Positions 27,012 to 39,747 of a stretch of DNA of 64,000 bases are shown here, piece after piece. The position numbers were made by a program, and so were the translations under genes. Every line of letters begins with the position of its first letter. The first letter of the stretch is position 1. The notes under the pieces are model-generated. The model was not told the DNA's origin, searched no databases, and saw nothing but the letters and a program-made list of their open reading frames with translations. The stretch is from Chiloscyllium plagiosum. Its lineage: Eukaryota. The DNA is taken from assembly GCF_004010195.1 (NCBI RefSeq), contig NC_057718.1, positions 54,374,972 through 54,438,971 on the forward strand, in the 5' to 3' direction.

Positions 27012-30000
27012 CACTTTGAGTGCGAGCAGCAGCTAAGTTAAGACAGTTTGTTTTAAAATTACTTACCGGTAGCGGGCAGCGGTGTTTTTTTCTCTCTTTA
27101 CAGAAAGAGCGGGAGCAGCAGGGGGAAGTGACGAAGACCGGAGGGGCAGCCGGGAAGGAAAGCAGTGAGTATAAATACTCACCCTTCGACGCCAACGGTC
27201 ACTTTGAGTGCGAGCAGCAGCTAAGGTAAGACAGTTTGTTTTAAAATTACTTACCGGTAGCGGGCAGCAGTGTTTTTTTCTCTCTTTACAGAAAGAGCGG
27301 GAGCAGCAGGGGGAAGTGACGAAGACCGGAGGGGCAGCCGGGAAGGAAAGCAGTGAGTACAAATACTCACCCTTCGACGCCAACGGTCACTTTGAGTGCG
27401 AGCAGCAGCTAAGGTAAGACAGTTTGTTTAAAAATTACTTACCGGTAGCGGGCAGCAGTGTTTTTTTCTCTCTTTACAGAAAGAGCGGGAACAGCAGGGG
27501 GAAGTGACGAAGACCGGAGGGGCAGCCGGGAAGGAAAGCAGTGAGTACAAATACTCACCCTTCGACGCCAACGGTCACTTTGAGTGCGAGCAGCAGCTAA
27601 GGTAAGACAGTTTGTTTAAAAATTACTTACCGGTAGCGGGCAGCAGTGTTTTTTTCTCTCTTTACAGAAAGAGCGGGAACAGCAGGGGGAAGTGACGAAG
27701 ACCGGAGGGGCAGCCGGGAAGGAAAGCAGTGAGTACAAATACTCACCCTTCGACGCCAACGGTCACTTTGAGTGCGAGCAGCAGCTAAGGTAAGACAGTT
27801 TGTTTAAAAATTACTTACCGGTAGCGGGCAGCAGTGTTTTTTTCTCTCTTTACAGAAAGAGCGGGAGCAGCAGGGGGAAGTGACGAAGACCAGAGGGGCA
27901 GCCGGGAAGGAAAGCAGTGAGTACAAATACTCACCCTTCGACGCCAACGGTCACTTTGAGTGCGAGCAGCAGCTAAGGTAAGACAGTTTGTTTAAAAATT
28001 ACTTACCGGTAGCGGGCAGCAGTGTTTTTTTCTCTCTTTACAGAAAGAGCGGGAGCAGCAGGGGGAAGTGACGAAGACCAGAGGGGCAGCCGGGAAGGAA
28101 AGCAGTGAGTACAAATACTCACCCTTCGACGCCAACGGTCACTTTGAGTGCGAGCAGCAGCTAAGGTAAGACAGTTTGTTTAAAAATTACTTACCGGTAG
28201 CGGGCAGCAGTGTTTTTTTCTCTCTTTACAGAAAGAGCGGGAGCAGCAGGGGGAAGTGACGAAGACCAGAGGGGCAGCCGGGAAGGAAAGCAGTGAGTAC
28301 AAATACTCACCCTTCGACGCCAACGGTCACTTTGAGTGCGAGCAGCAGCTAAGGTAAGACAGTTTGTTTAAAAATTACTTACCGGTAGCGGGCAGCAGTG
28401 TTTTTTTCTCTCTTTACAGAAAGAGCGGGAGCAGCAGGGGGAAGTGACGAAGACCGGAGGGGCAGCCGGGAAGGAAAGCAGTGAGTACAAATACTCACCC
28501 TTCGACGCCAACGGTCACTTTGAGTGCGAGCAGCAGCTAAGGTAAGACAGTTTGTTTAAAAATTACTTACCGGTAGCGGGCAGCAGTGTTTTTTTCTCTC
28601 TTTACAGAAAGAGCGGGAGCAGCAGGGGGAAGTGACGAAGACCAGAGGGGCAGCCGGGAAGGAAAGCAGTGAGTACAAATACTCACCCTTCGACGCCAAC
28701 GGTCACTTTGAGTGCGAGCAGCAGCTAAGGTAAGACAGTTTGTTTAAAAATTACTTACCGGTAGCGGGCAGCAGTGTTTTTTTCTCTCTTTACAGAAAGA
28801 GCGGGAGCAGCAGGGGGAAGTGACGAAGACCAGAGGGGCAGCCGGGAAGGAAAGCAGTGAGTACAAATACTCACCCTTCGACGCCAACGGTCACTTTGAG
28901 TGCGAGCAGCAGCTAAGGTAAGACAGTTTGTTTAAAAATTACTTACCGGTAGCGGGCAGCAGTGTTTTTTTCTCTCTTTACAGAAAGAGCGGGAGCAGCA
29001 GGGGGAAGTGACGAAGACCAGAGGGGCAGCCGGGAAGGAAAGCAGTGAGTACAAATACTCACCCTTCGACGCCAACGGTCACTTTGAGTGCGAGCAGCAG
29101 CTAAGGTAAGACAGTTTGTTTAAAAATTACTTACCGGTAGCGGGCAGCAGTGTTTTTTTCTCTCTTTACAGAAAGAGCGGGAGCAGCAGGGGGAAGTGAC
29201 GAAGACCGGAGGGGCAGCCGGGAAGGAAAGCAGTGAGTACAAATACTCACCCTTCGACGCCAACGGTCACTTTGAGTGCGAGCAGCAGCTAAGGTAAGAC
29301 AGTTTGTTTAAAAATTACTTACCGGTAGCGGGCAGCAGTGTTTTTTTCTCTCTTTACAGAAAGAGCGGGAGCAGCAGGGGGAAGTGACGAAGACCAGAGG
29401 GGCAGCCGGGAAGGAAAGCAGTGAGTACAAATACTCACCCTTCGACGCCAACGGTCACTTTGAGTGCGAGCAGCAGCTAAGGTAAGACAGTTTGTTTAAA
29501 AATTACTTACCGGTAGCGGGCAGCAGTGTTTTTTTCTCTCTTTACAGAAAGAGCGGGAGCAGCAGGGGGAAGTGACGAAGACCAGAGGGGCAGCCGGGAA
29601 GGAAAGCAGTGAGTACAAATACTCACCCTTCGACGCCAACGGTCACTTTGAGTGCGAGCAGCAGCTAAGGTAAGACAGTTTGTTTAAAAATTACTTACCG
29701 GTAGCGGGCAGCAGTGTTTTTTTCTCTCTTTACAGAAAGAGCGGGAGCAGCAGGGGGAAGTGACGAAGACCAGAGGGGCAGCCGGGAAGGAAAGCAGTGA
29801 GTACAAATACTCACCCTTCGACGCCAACGGTCACTTTGAGTGCGAGCAGCAGCTAAGGTAAGACAGTTTGTTTAAAAATTACTTACCGGTAGCGGGCAGC
29901 AGTGTTTTTTTCTCTCTTTACAGAAAGAGCGGGAGCAGCAGGGGGAAGTGACGAAGACCGGAGGGGCAGCCGGGAAGGAAAGCAGTGAGTACAAATACTC

Positions 30001-33000
30001 ACCCTTCGACGCCAACGGTCACTTTGAGTGCGAGCAGCAGCTAAGGTAAGACAGTTTGTTTAAAAATTACTTACCGGTAGCGGGCAGCAGTGTTTTTTTC
30101 TCTCTTTACAGAAAGAGCGGGAGCAGCAGGGGGAAGTGACGAAGACCAGAGGGGCAGCCGGGAAGGAAAGCAGTGAGTACAAATACTCACCCTTCGACGC
30201 CAACGGTCACTTTGAGTGCGAGCAGCAGCTAAGGTAAGACAGTTTGTTTAAAAATTACTTACCGGTAGCGGGCAGCAGTGTTTTTTTCTCTCTTTACAGA
30301 AAGAGCGGGAGCAGCAGGGGGAAGTGACGAAGACCAGAGGGGCAGCCGGGAAGGAAAGCAGTGAGTACAAATACTCACCCTTCGACGCCAACGGTCACTT
30401 TGAGTGCGAGCAGCAGCTAAGGTAAGACAGTTTGTTTAAAAATTACTTACCGGTAGCGGGCAGCAGTGTTTTTTTCTCTCTTTACAGAAAGAGCGGGAGC
30501 AGCAGGGGGAAGTGACGAAGACCAGAGGGGCAGCCGGGAAGGAAAGCAGTGAGTACAAATACTCACCCTTCGACGCCAACGGTCACTTTGAGTGCGAGCA
30601 GCAGCTAAGGTAAGACAGTTTGTTTAAAAATTACTTACCGGTAGCGGGCAGCAGTGTTTTTTTCTCTCTTTACAGAAAGAGCGGGAGCAGCAGGGGGAAG
30701 TGACGAAGACCGGAGGGGCAGCCGGGAAGGAAAGCAGTGAGTACAAATACTCACCCTTCGACGCCAACGGTCACTTTGAGTGCGAGCAGCAGCTAAGGTA
30801 AGACAGTTTGTTTAAAAATTACTTACCGGTAGCGGGCAGCAGTGTTTTTTTCTCTCTTTACAGAAAGAGCGGGAGCAGCAGGGGGAAGTGACGAAGACCA
30901 GAGGGGCAGCCGGGAAGGAAAGCAGTGAGTACAAATACTCACCCTTCGACGCCAACGGTCACTTTGAGTGCGAGCAGCAGCTAAGGTAAGACAGTTTGTT
31001 TAAAAATTACTTACCGGTAGCGGGCAGCAGTGTTTTTTTCTCTCTTTACAGAAAGAGCGGGAGCAGCAGGGGGAAGTGACGAAGACCAGAGGGGCAGCCG
31101 GGAAGGAAAGCAGTGAGTACAAATACTCACCCTTCGACGCCAACGGTCACTTTGAGTGCGAGCAGCAGCTAAGGTAAGACAGTTTGTTTAAAAATTACTT
31201 ACCGGTAGCGGGCAGCAGTGTTTTTTTCTCTCTTTACAGAAAGAGCGGGAGCAGCAGGGGGAAGTGACGAAGACCAGAGGGGCAGCCGGGAAGGAAAGCA
31301 GTGAGTACAAATACTCACCCTTCGACGCCAACGGTCACTTTGAGTGCGAGCAGCAGCTAAGGTAAGACAGTTTGTTTAAAAATTACTTACCGGTAGCGGG
31401 CAGCAGTGTTTTTTTCTCTCTTTACAGAAAGAGCGGGAGCAGCAGGGGGAAGTGACGAAGACCGGAGGGGCAGCCGGGAAGGAAAGCAGTGAGTACAAAT
31501 ACTCACCCTTCGACGCCAACGGTCACTTTGAGTGCGAGCAGCAGCTAAGGTAAGACAGTTTGTTTAAAAATTACTTACCGGTAGCGGGCAGCAGTGTTTT
31601 TTTCTCTCTTTACAGAAAGAGCGGGAGCAGCAGGGGGAAGTGACGAAGACCAGAGGGGCAGCCGGGAAGGAAAGCAGTGAGTACAAATACTCACCCTTCG
31701 ACGCCAACGGTCACTTTGAGTGCGAGCAGCAGCTAAGGTAAGACAGTTTGTTTAAAAATTACTTACCGGTAGCGGGCAGCAGTGTTTTTTTCTCTCTTTA
31801 CAGAAAGAGCGGGAGCAGCAGGGGGAAGTGACGAAGACCAGAGGGGCAGCCGGGAAGGAAAGCAGTGAGTACAAATACTCACCCTTCGACGCCAACGGTC
31901 ACTTTGAGTGCGAGCAGCAGCTAAGGTAAGACAGTTTGTTTAAAAATTACTTACCGGTAGCGGGCAGCAGTGTTTTTTTCTCTCTTTACAGAAAGAGCGG
32001 GAGCAGCAGGGGGAAGTGACGAAGACCAGAGGGGCAGCCGGGAAGGAAAGCAGTGAGTACAAATACTCACCCTTCGACGCCAACGGTCACTTTGAGTGCG
32101 AGCAGCAGCTAAGGTAAGACAGTTTGTTTAAAAATTACTTACCGGTAGCGGGCAGCAGTGTTTTTTTCTCTCTTTACAGAAAGAGCGGGAGCAGCAGGGG
32201 GAAGTGACGAAGACCGGAGGGGCAGCCGGGAAGGAAAGCAGTGAGTACAAATACTCACCCTTCGACGCCAACGGTCACTTTGAGTGCGAGCAGCAGCTAA
32301 GGTAAGACAGTTTGTTTAAAAATTACTTACCGGTAGCGGGCAGCAGTGTTTTTTTCTCTCTTTACAGAAAGAGCGGGAGCAGCAGGGGGAAGTGACGAAG
32401 ACCAGAGGGGCAGCCGGGAAGGAAAGCAGTGAGTACAAATACTCACCCTTCGACGCCAACGGTCACTTTGAGTGCGAGCAGCAGCTAAGGTAAGACAGTT
32501 TGTTTAAAAATTACTTACCGGTAGCGGGCAGCAGTGTTTTTTTCTCTCTTTACAGAAAGAGCGGGAGCAGCAGGGGGAAGTGACGAAGACCAGAGGGGCA
32601 GCCGGGAAGGAAAGCAGTGAGTACAAATACTCACCCTTCGACGCCAACGGTCACTTTGAGTGCGAGCAGCAGCTAAGGTAAGACAGTTTGTTTAAAAATT
32701 ACTTACCGGTAGCGGGCAGCAGTGTTTTTTTCTCTCTTTACAGAAAGAGCGGGAGCAGCAGGGGGAAGTGACGAAGACCAGAGGGGCAGCCGGGAAGGAA
32801 AGCAGTGAGTACAAATACTCACCCTTCGACGCCAACGGTCACTTTGAGTGCGAGCAGCAGCTAAGGTAAGACAGTTTGTTTAAAAATTACTTACCGGTAG
32901 CGGGCAGCAGTGTTTTTTTCTCTCTTTACAGAAAGAGCGGGAGCAGCAGGGGGAAGTGACGAAGACCGGAGGGGCAGCCGGGAAGGAAAGCAGTGAGTAC

Positions 33001-33687
33001 AAATACTCACCCTTCGACGCCAACGGTCACTTTGAGTGCGAGCAGCAGCTAAGGTAAGACAGTTTGTTTAAAAATTACTTACCGGTAGCGGGCAGCAGTG
33101 TTTTTTTCTCTCTTTACAGAAAGAGCGGGAGCAGCAGGGGGAAGTGACGAAGACCAGAGGGGCAGCCGGGAAGGAAAGCAGTGAGTACAAATACTCACCC
33201 TTCGACGCCAACGGTCACTTTGAGTGCGAGCAGCAGCTAAGGTAAGACAGTTTGTTTAAAAATTACTTACCGGTAGCGGGCAGCAGTGTTTTTTTCTCTC
33301 TTTACAGAAAGAGCGGGAGCAGCAGGGGGAAGTGACGAAGACCAGAGGGGCAGCCGGGAAGGAAAGCAGTGAGTACAAATACTCACCCTTCGACGCCAAC
33401 GGTCACTTTGAGTGCGAGCAGCAGCTAAGGTAAGACAGTTTGTTTAAAAATTACTTACCGGTAGCGGGCAGCAGTGTTTTTTTCTCTCTTTACAGAAAGA
33501 GCGGGAGCAGCAGGGGGAAGTGACGAAGACCAGAGGGGCAGCCGGGAAGGAAAGCAGTGAGTACAAATACTCACCCTTCGACGCCAACGGTCACTTTGAG
33601 TGCGAGCAGCAGCTAAGGTAAGACAGTTTGTTTAAAAATTACTTACCGGTAGCGGGCAGCAGTGTTTTTTTCTCTCTTTACAGAAAG
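27012..33687. repeat. Tandem array, 35 full 188-bp units plus one 96-bp partial unit, with 752-bp higher-order period
   Basis: Unit starts cactttgagtgcgag at 27012, 27200, ... 33592 (step 188). Units are nearly identical; a G/A variant at unit position 129 cycles G-A-A-A from unit 4 onward. Confidence 0.98.
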
Positions 33688-33990
33688 CCAGCCCGGCACT
33701 GCCTTCCTGACCTGTAGTCTTCTTCTTGACCTCTCCGCCTCCATCCTACTCCGACCTATCACCCTCACCTTGACCTCTTTCCACCTATCACATTTCCAAC
33801 GCCCCTCCTCCAAGTCCCTCCTCCCTACCTTTTATCTTCTCCTGCTGAACACTCTCTGCTCATTCCTGAAGAAGGGCCTGTGCCCGAAACGTCGAATCTC
33901 CTGTTCCCTGGATGCTGCCTGACCTGCTGTGCTGTTCCAGCAATAAAGTTTCAACTTTGATCTCCAGCATCTGCAGACTCACTTTCTCCT
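33688..33990 (+). mobile_element. Penelope-like 3' tail with intact hammerhead motif
   Basis: C/T-rich segment homologous to 52780..53040, then the hammerhead and the gatgctgcctgacctgctg...ctccagcatctgcag tail. Confidence 0.8.
33862..33897 (+). ncRNA. Minimal type I hammerhead ribozyme motif
   Basis: attc CTGAAGA a GGGC ctgt GCCC GAAA C GTC gaat: perfect helix I (attc/gaat) and helix II, palindromic ACGT helix III; predicted cleavage after C33893. Confidence 0.8.
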
Positions 33991-34170
33991 CAAATCCTCT
34001 TGAAGTCAATTTTCCCAAATTCCTCACTGCACATTTGCCTTTTTGACATCCATGAACTTAGAAATATTAAATTTTGTCTCCACATTCAAATCATTGATCT
34101 ACATTGTGATCAGCTAGGGCTCCATGTACTGATTGTACTATTCCGTTAGACAAGGTCTGCCAATGTGAGA

Positions 34171-34260
34171 TTTGAAGGGCTTTTGCCCGAAACGTCGATT
34201 TTGCCTGTCCTCGGATGCTGCCTGAATTGCTGTGCTCTTCCAGCACCACTGATCCAGAAT
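34171..34260 (+). mobile_element. 90-bp non-coding hammerhead-family insertion with 11-bp TSD
   Basis: TSD ccaatgtgaga at 34160..34170 and 34261..34271; starts inside the hammerhead core (tgaagggcttttgcccgaaacgtc); inserted in an old minus-strand CR1 remnant. Confidence 0.85.
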
Positions 34261-36050
34261 CCAATGTGAGAATGACCTACTTATTCCTAATCTTTGTTTT
34301 CTGATAATTATCCAGTCCTTAGTCCATGCCAGTATGTAATTCCTATCCCATGTATTTTAATTGTTACCAACCAATCTCCCATGGGGAACTTCATTAAAAG
34401 CTTCACAAAAATGCAAGTACACTATATTTACTGAAATCCCTTTGTTTCCAACAAGTTCATGAACCATGACTTCCCATTCACAAATCCATGTGCAAACAGA
34501 TCACTATTGAGCATTTATCACATTCTTTATAACCAATTGTAATGTAAAGCTAACATGACTGGCATTCCTTATTTTTCTCTCCATTCTCCATCAGCTCCTT
34601 AGTATTATTTAATATCACAACAATAGCACACACGTTTGCATGAGTTCCTTAAAATACCGGTCTATGCAACAATCTAATGTTCAGTTTAGGGTCATTGCAT
34701 TCACTGCAATTGCACCTTATGGAAGAGAAATGTGTGTTGGTCGTCAGTAATGAATCATTAAAAAGGCAATAGCCATAATCAGCATTGTGGGATTTGTGTG
34801 TGCACGAGAATATAAACCACAACAGATATAAGAGGCTTAAAAGATAGCTCCTTATGGTAGATTATTAATTGTTAATTTTCAGCAGCATAGAAGTCTTTTT
34901 AAGTGTTCAAACAAGTGGCTTGTGATTATGTATGTTGGATCATGGTCATTCAAACTGTAATGCATCAAGGAAGTATCCATCTGTTTGTGGGCAGATGTAT
35001 ATAAATGACCTCAGAATGGTGTAATGCATGATATTTTCTTTCAGTCTACCTAATGCTTATTAGTTGCCCAGAAATGTTAGATACTGCTTGGTATAAAGAT
35101 GTTTGAATTCTCTGGTAAGACTGACACTTCGCAAATTTATCATTTTTCCTTTGCCTTGTCTCTTGTATTCATGAACTTCTGCAGCAATGTTCTGCACAGC
35201 TATAGCCATACAGCGCCAGTGAATTTCCTCATGGGAATTTCTCAAAAGAGAAAACAGGAGTGCAGAACAGTTGAGGCAATGCTAAAACTTCTTCATATTA
35301 ATGCATTGATACTTGCACAGCAAAACCTACACGCAAAATATATCTCCATTTCTTACTTTCTCTCATGACATCTGCCCTAGGCCCTTGAAAATGTGCTTTC
35401 ATTGACAAAGTATTTTACTTTCAAAGAAAATCTGAAATTCATATTCATCCCAGATGAACAGATTAGAGGGGATGGTGGAATAGTTTAAATCAACATGTCC
35501 CATAGTTATGTTAGTGTGCAGGGTCTATTTATTTACGTGTAAAGGACCATTAGACTCTTTTACCTTGGCTCTTCATGTGCTGTAATTTAAGAGGGAAAAT
35601 TTACACTCAACATGTCTGGGAACATCTGTGTTCAGGCTGTGCAGCTTAGAGGCAGCAATGGTCTGGATAAGCTGGACCCAGTGAGTACCATCAGTGATAA
35701 AATTCCAGTTATCCTGGAAAATGGGATACAACTTCATCGTGTCTACTGAATGAGGTGAAAACATTACTAAAGGCATCTATATTACAATTCTGACTGAAGA
35801 CACAGCCACCAATGGTGGAGTGATTAGAATTTAGGATTCTCAAGAGGTTAGCATTAGATACGCTGGAGTGTGATGAGATTAGATAAAATAAAGTTTATCA
35901 GGCTGGAGTTTAAAAGAGATATGGAAGAATTTGAAAACAAGGGTAGAATTTTAAACTTGAGTTAGAATTTAAGTTAGAACTTGGGTGTTAATAAGGATAC
36001 AGGCAGGTTTTGAATGCTTAGAAAGTAACATAATCAAACAAGAAACAAGA

Positions 36051-36171
36051 AGGGCTTATGCCCGAAACGTCGATTCTCCTGTTCCCTGGATGCTGCCTGA
36101 CCTGCTGCGCTTTTCCAGCAACACATTTTCAGCTCTGATCTCCAGCATCTGCAGTCCTCACTTTCTCCTCA
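36051..36171 (+). mobile_element. About 120-bp hammerhead-family insertion with 11-bp TSD
   Basis: TSD aagaaacaaga at 36040..36050 and 36172..36182; agggcttatgcccgaaacgtc plus the family tail. Confidence 0.8.
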
Positions 36172-36689
36172 AAGAAACAAGATCATCCAAAGAGACTTGG
36201 AGGAATCATGTTTAGAGATAACAAAGGCTTGGAGAGTTTCAGCAGCAGATGAGCTGAGGCAGATATTAGTCAAGAGCAAAAATGACACCAAAGTTGTGAA
36301 CACTCTGATCCAGCCTCTGACAGAAAGCAGGGAGTGGGGGCTGAAAGAGTGAACAGTGGTTTTGTTCCTTCCAATACTTAATTGGAGGAAATTTCTATGC
36401 ATTAGGTAATAGATTTCTGTCAAACAGCCTGACAATTTAGAAACAGTGGAGGGAGGGATTGAAAAAAGTAGCTTGGTTGCTGTGAGGTGGAGCTAGCAGT
36501 CATCACTGTACATATGGAAACAGATTCTGTTTCTGGTTACTGTCACCAGGGAGAACATTGATCAGAAATGAGAGAGAGGGGCCAACGATAGGTCCTTAAG
36601 GGCACCAGAAACAATGGTGCAGGAGCAGGAAAAGAAGCTATGACAGGTGTTCATGATGTGGAGGAACAGTTGTTGGACTGGGAAGGACC

Positions 36690-37492
36690 AAGTTAAAAAT
36701 CACACAACACCAGGTTATAGTCCAACAGGTTTATTTGGAAGGACTAGCTTTTGGAGCGCTGCTCATTCATCAGGTAGCTGTAGAGCAGGACCATAAGACA
36801 CAGGATTTATAGCAAAAGATTACAGTGTCATACAATTGAAATGACATATTGAACAAACCTAGACTGTTGTTAAGTCTTTCATCTTTTAAAATTAGTTACA
36901 GGTTTTGGTTCATTTATATGTAAATCCCAGAACTTCTTTTAAGTCACATTCTTGAGATAACTTAAGATTTTATAAATGGAGGTGACATCCCAGTTCAGAC
37001 AATGCGTTAAAGGTGTCTATATCCCAATCTTGAGTCAGACTGGTTCTATTTGCAAAATGGAATTTGCAAAATATTACATGGATTGACTGCCTACAGATTG
37101 TCCATTTTTTGAGAAAAATAGAGAGTGCATCTGCAAATATAATTCTGTAAATACACATTCACCCCATAGTCTTATATATGCTTGCGCGTACATGAGAGAC
37201 TGTGAGTGTGAGTGCATGTGAGAGCGTGTGTTTGCGTGTGTGCAAGCTTGGTAAAGTGTATGGGAGTATGAGTATGGGGGATGTGTGTGTGTATAGACAG
37301 CATGTATATGAGAGAAGGTCTGTATGAGTGTGTGAGTATGTAAGAGTGTATAGCGTAATGCAGTCACTCACAGTGTGACATGAACCCAAGGTCCTGATTG
37401 AGGCCATCCTCATGAGTACCCAACTTGGCCATCAGCTTCTGCTCAGCCACTTTGTATTGTTGCCTATCCCAAAGTCCGTCTTGGAGGACATT
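36690..37492 (-). mobile_element. Penelope-like 3' fragment (GIY-YIG C-terminus, CA-rich UTR, degenerate hammerhead at 36742..36778)
   Basis: Reverse strand reads VLQDGLWDRQQYKVAEQKLMAKLGTHEDGLNQDLG; the UTR is homologous to 59800..60183. Confidence 0.78.
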
Positions 37493-38927
37493 GATAGAAC
37501 TGGAACGCCTGATTGGTGCATATATATCTCTCCAACCACATTAGCCACATAGCTATGGACTCCCTGGACAATAATGTCTGGGCTCCCTGACTGGATGCCT
37601 ACCCATGGCCAACTTCCTGGGAGACTACTGTTGGTTTACAGTGCTGGGACCTCTGACTGACAGATGCCTACATGGTGAGGATTACTCCCCTAAGGCTTTG
37701 AGACATGGGTGTTTGCTTGCTTATGTAACAGGTGTAAGATTAGCATAGAACATTGTCAAACTCAAGATTTGCATCCCCGAGACTAAGGATAGCTTAGCAG
37801 TAAGGCAAGCTGACTGTTTTTGTGGCTGCATTAATTGGCACAGCAAGGATGCCATGAGCATGCAGGTAGACATTAAATGAACAAGCATCAAGAAAACAAG
37901 CCAGCATCCCTGAGATGTGGTCTTAATTCTGTCTGAAAGCTGGATGCCTGTCCTTGTGTGCATAGCTTTTCAATGCTACTTTGCTGATTCACCTTCCAAT
38001 GAAAATCTGTACTTCCACATCCATGGCCAGTGAATAGTCTAAGTGACAGGATAGTTGTGATGAGTTGATAGATAGTGATGCCAGTGCCCTTAGAGGATGG
38101 ATGTTTGCAGCTGGTGCCTGTGGATTGTGACCTGAGATGTTGCTGCCTAGTGTCCAGGGTGGAGGCGGTTCATAGTAAGCAATAAGATGTATCTGCCAAG
38201 TACACACACACTGACTGCCTTGTCGAGTTTTCCCAATGTTTTGTTTGGCGAGTTTAATGAGGTGAATGTCTGAATATTAATAAGGTGAGTTATGACATTA
38301 ACAAGCATTACTTCCAGCGAACTGGCATCTCACTTCTGCCCAGCAAGAATCTTGCCACACTGCTTGGGGAGTGATGGAATGAGGTGATTTCAAATCAAGA
38401 TGGGCCTAGTCAGCTTGTGGCCCTATACTGCCACACATCTTGATATCACCCACGTCAAACAGACCCATTCAACTTTCCACCCAGAATGCTGGGAAAATGG
38501 GAGCATTTCAGTGACTATCTGTAACTAGACAAATGCCATTGATATCGATGCTGGGTCCACAATACTTCACAGTGAATACTGTACGCACTATCGCCAAGTT
38601 TGCAGATAAAACAAAAATAGGAATGGGGGGGGTGGGTGGGTGTGAATATGATGCAAAGACTATGAAGAGACATAAGTACAGGTTAAGCAAGTGAGCAAAA
38701 ATTTGGCAAACGGAACAATGTCATAAAATGTGAGCTCTATGCACTTTGACATGCATATTACTTAAATTGAGAAAAACTACAGAGAGCTGCAGCACAGAGA
38801 TTTGGGGTCCTGATGTATGAACCCAAAAATTAGCTGATAAGCTTAGCAGGTAATAGGGAAGGCAAATAAAATATTGACCTTTATTTCAAAGGAGGTGGAA
38901 TTTAAAGTAGTCAAACTAAACAAGGCA

Positions 38928-39283
38928 ATCATTATGAGGGGCATGAATAGGGTAAGTAGGCAAAATATTTTCCCTGGGGTCGGGGAGTCCAGAACTAGAG
39001 AGCATAGGTTTAGGGTGAGAGGGGAAAGATATAGAAGAGACCTACGGGACAACTTTTTCACACAGAGGGTGGTACGTATACGGAATGAGCTGCCAGAAGA
39101 AATAGTGGAGGCCGGTACAATTGTAACACTTAAGAGACATTTGGATGGATATATGAATAGGAAGGGTTTGGATGGATATGGGCCGGGTGCTGGCAGATGG
39201 GACTAGATTGGGTTGGGATATCTGGTCGGCATGGACGGGTTGGACTGAAGGGTCTGTTTCCATGCTGTACATCTCTATGACTC
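38928..39283 (+). mobile_element. Young CR1 3' end nested in older CR1
   Basis: Near-identical to 22140..22495; ends ctctatgact. Confidence 0.9.
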
Positions 39284-39554
39284 ATTAGACCACACTTACA
39301 ATACTATGAACAGTTATGGTACCATTATACAAGGAAATATATAGTGTTATTGAAGGTAGTCCAGAGAAGGATCCCAAGTTTGATCCCAAGTATGGATTTA
39401 TTTTCTTATGAGGAGAAGTTGAGTGCATTTGGCCTATACTAATAAGAGTTAGAGGAATGAGTTGTTATTAAAATGTAAGATTCTTAGGAAGCTTGGCAGG
39501 TAGATGCTGAGAGGTTCTTTCCCTTTGTGGGAAAGTATAGGCCCAGAGAATATA

Positions 39555-39747
39555 AAAAATGCACAGCAAGTCAGGCAGCATCCAAGGAGCAGGAAAATCG
39601 ATGTTTCGGGCAGGAGCCCTTCATCAGGCTCCTGCCCGAAATGTCGAAATCCTGCTCCTTGGATGCTGCCTGATCTGATCTGCTGTGCATTTCCAGGACC
39701 ACTCTAATCTTGACTCTAATCTCCCGCATCTGCAGTCCTCACTTTCA
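39555..39747. mobile_element. Fold-back hammerhead-family insertion
   Basis: Minus-strand copy with CTGATGA a GGGC tcct GCCC GAAA (about 39597..39628) joined head-to-head to a plus-strand copy; imperfect flanking repeat ccagagaatataa / ccagagtataa. Confidence 0.75.

Noticed and set aside
27012..27199. Hammerhead inside the satellite monomer (as in newt or schistosome satellites)
   Set aside because: There is no CTGANGA on either strand; GTGACGA...GAAA lacks the core C and a convincing helix II.
27012..33687. CRISPR-like array or repetitive protein gene
   Set aside because: Units are essentially identical with no variable spacers and no cas genes, in vertebrate DNA. Unit length 188 and exon length 122 are not multiples of 3, there is no ATG, and stops occur in each unit.
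37074..37413. His/Thr-rich ORFs
   Set aside because: Translation of the degenerate CA/TG microsatellite in a Penelope UTR.
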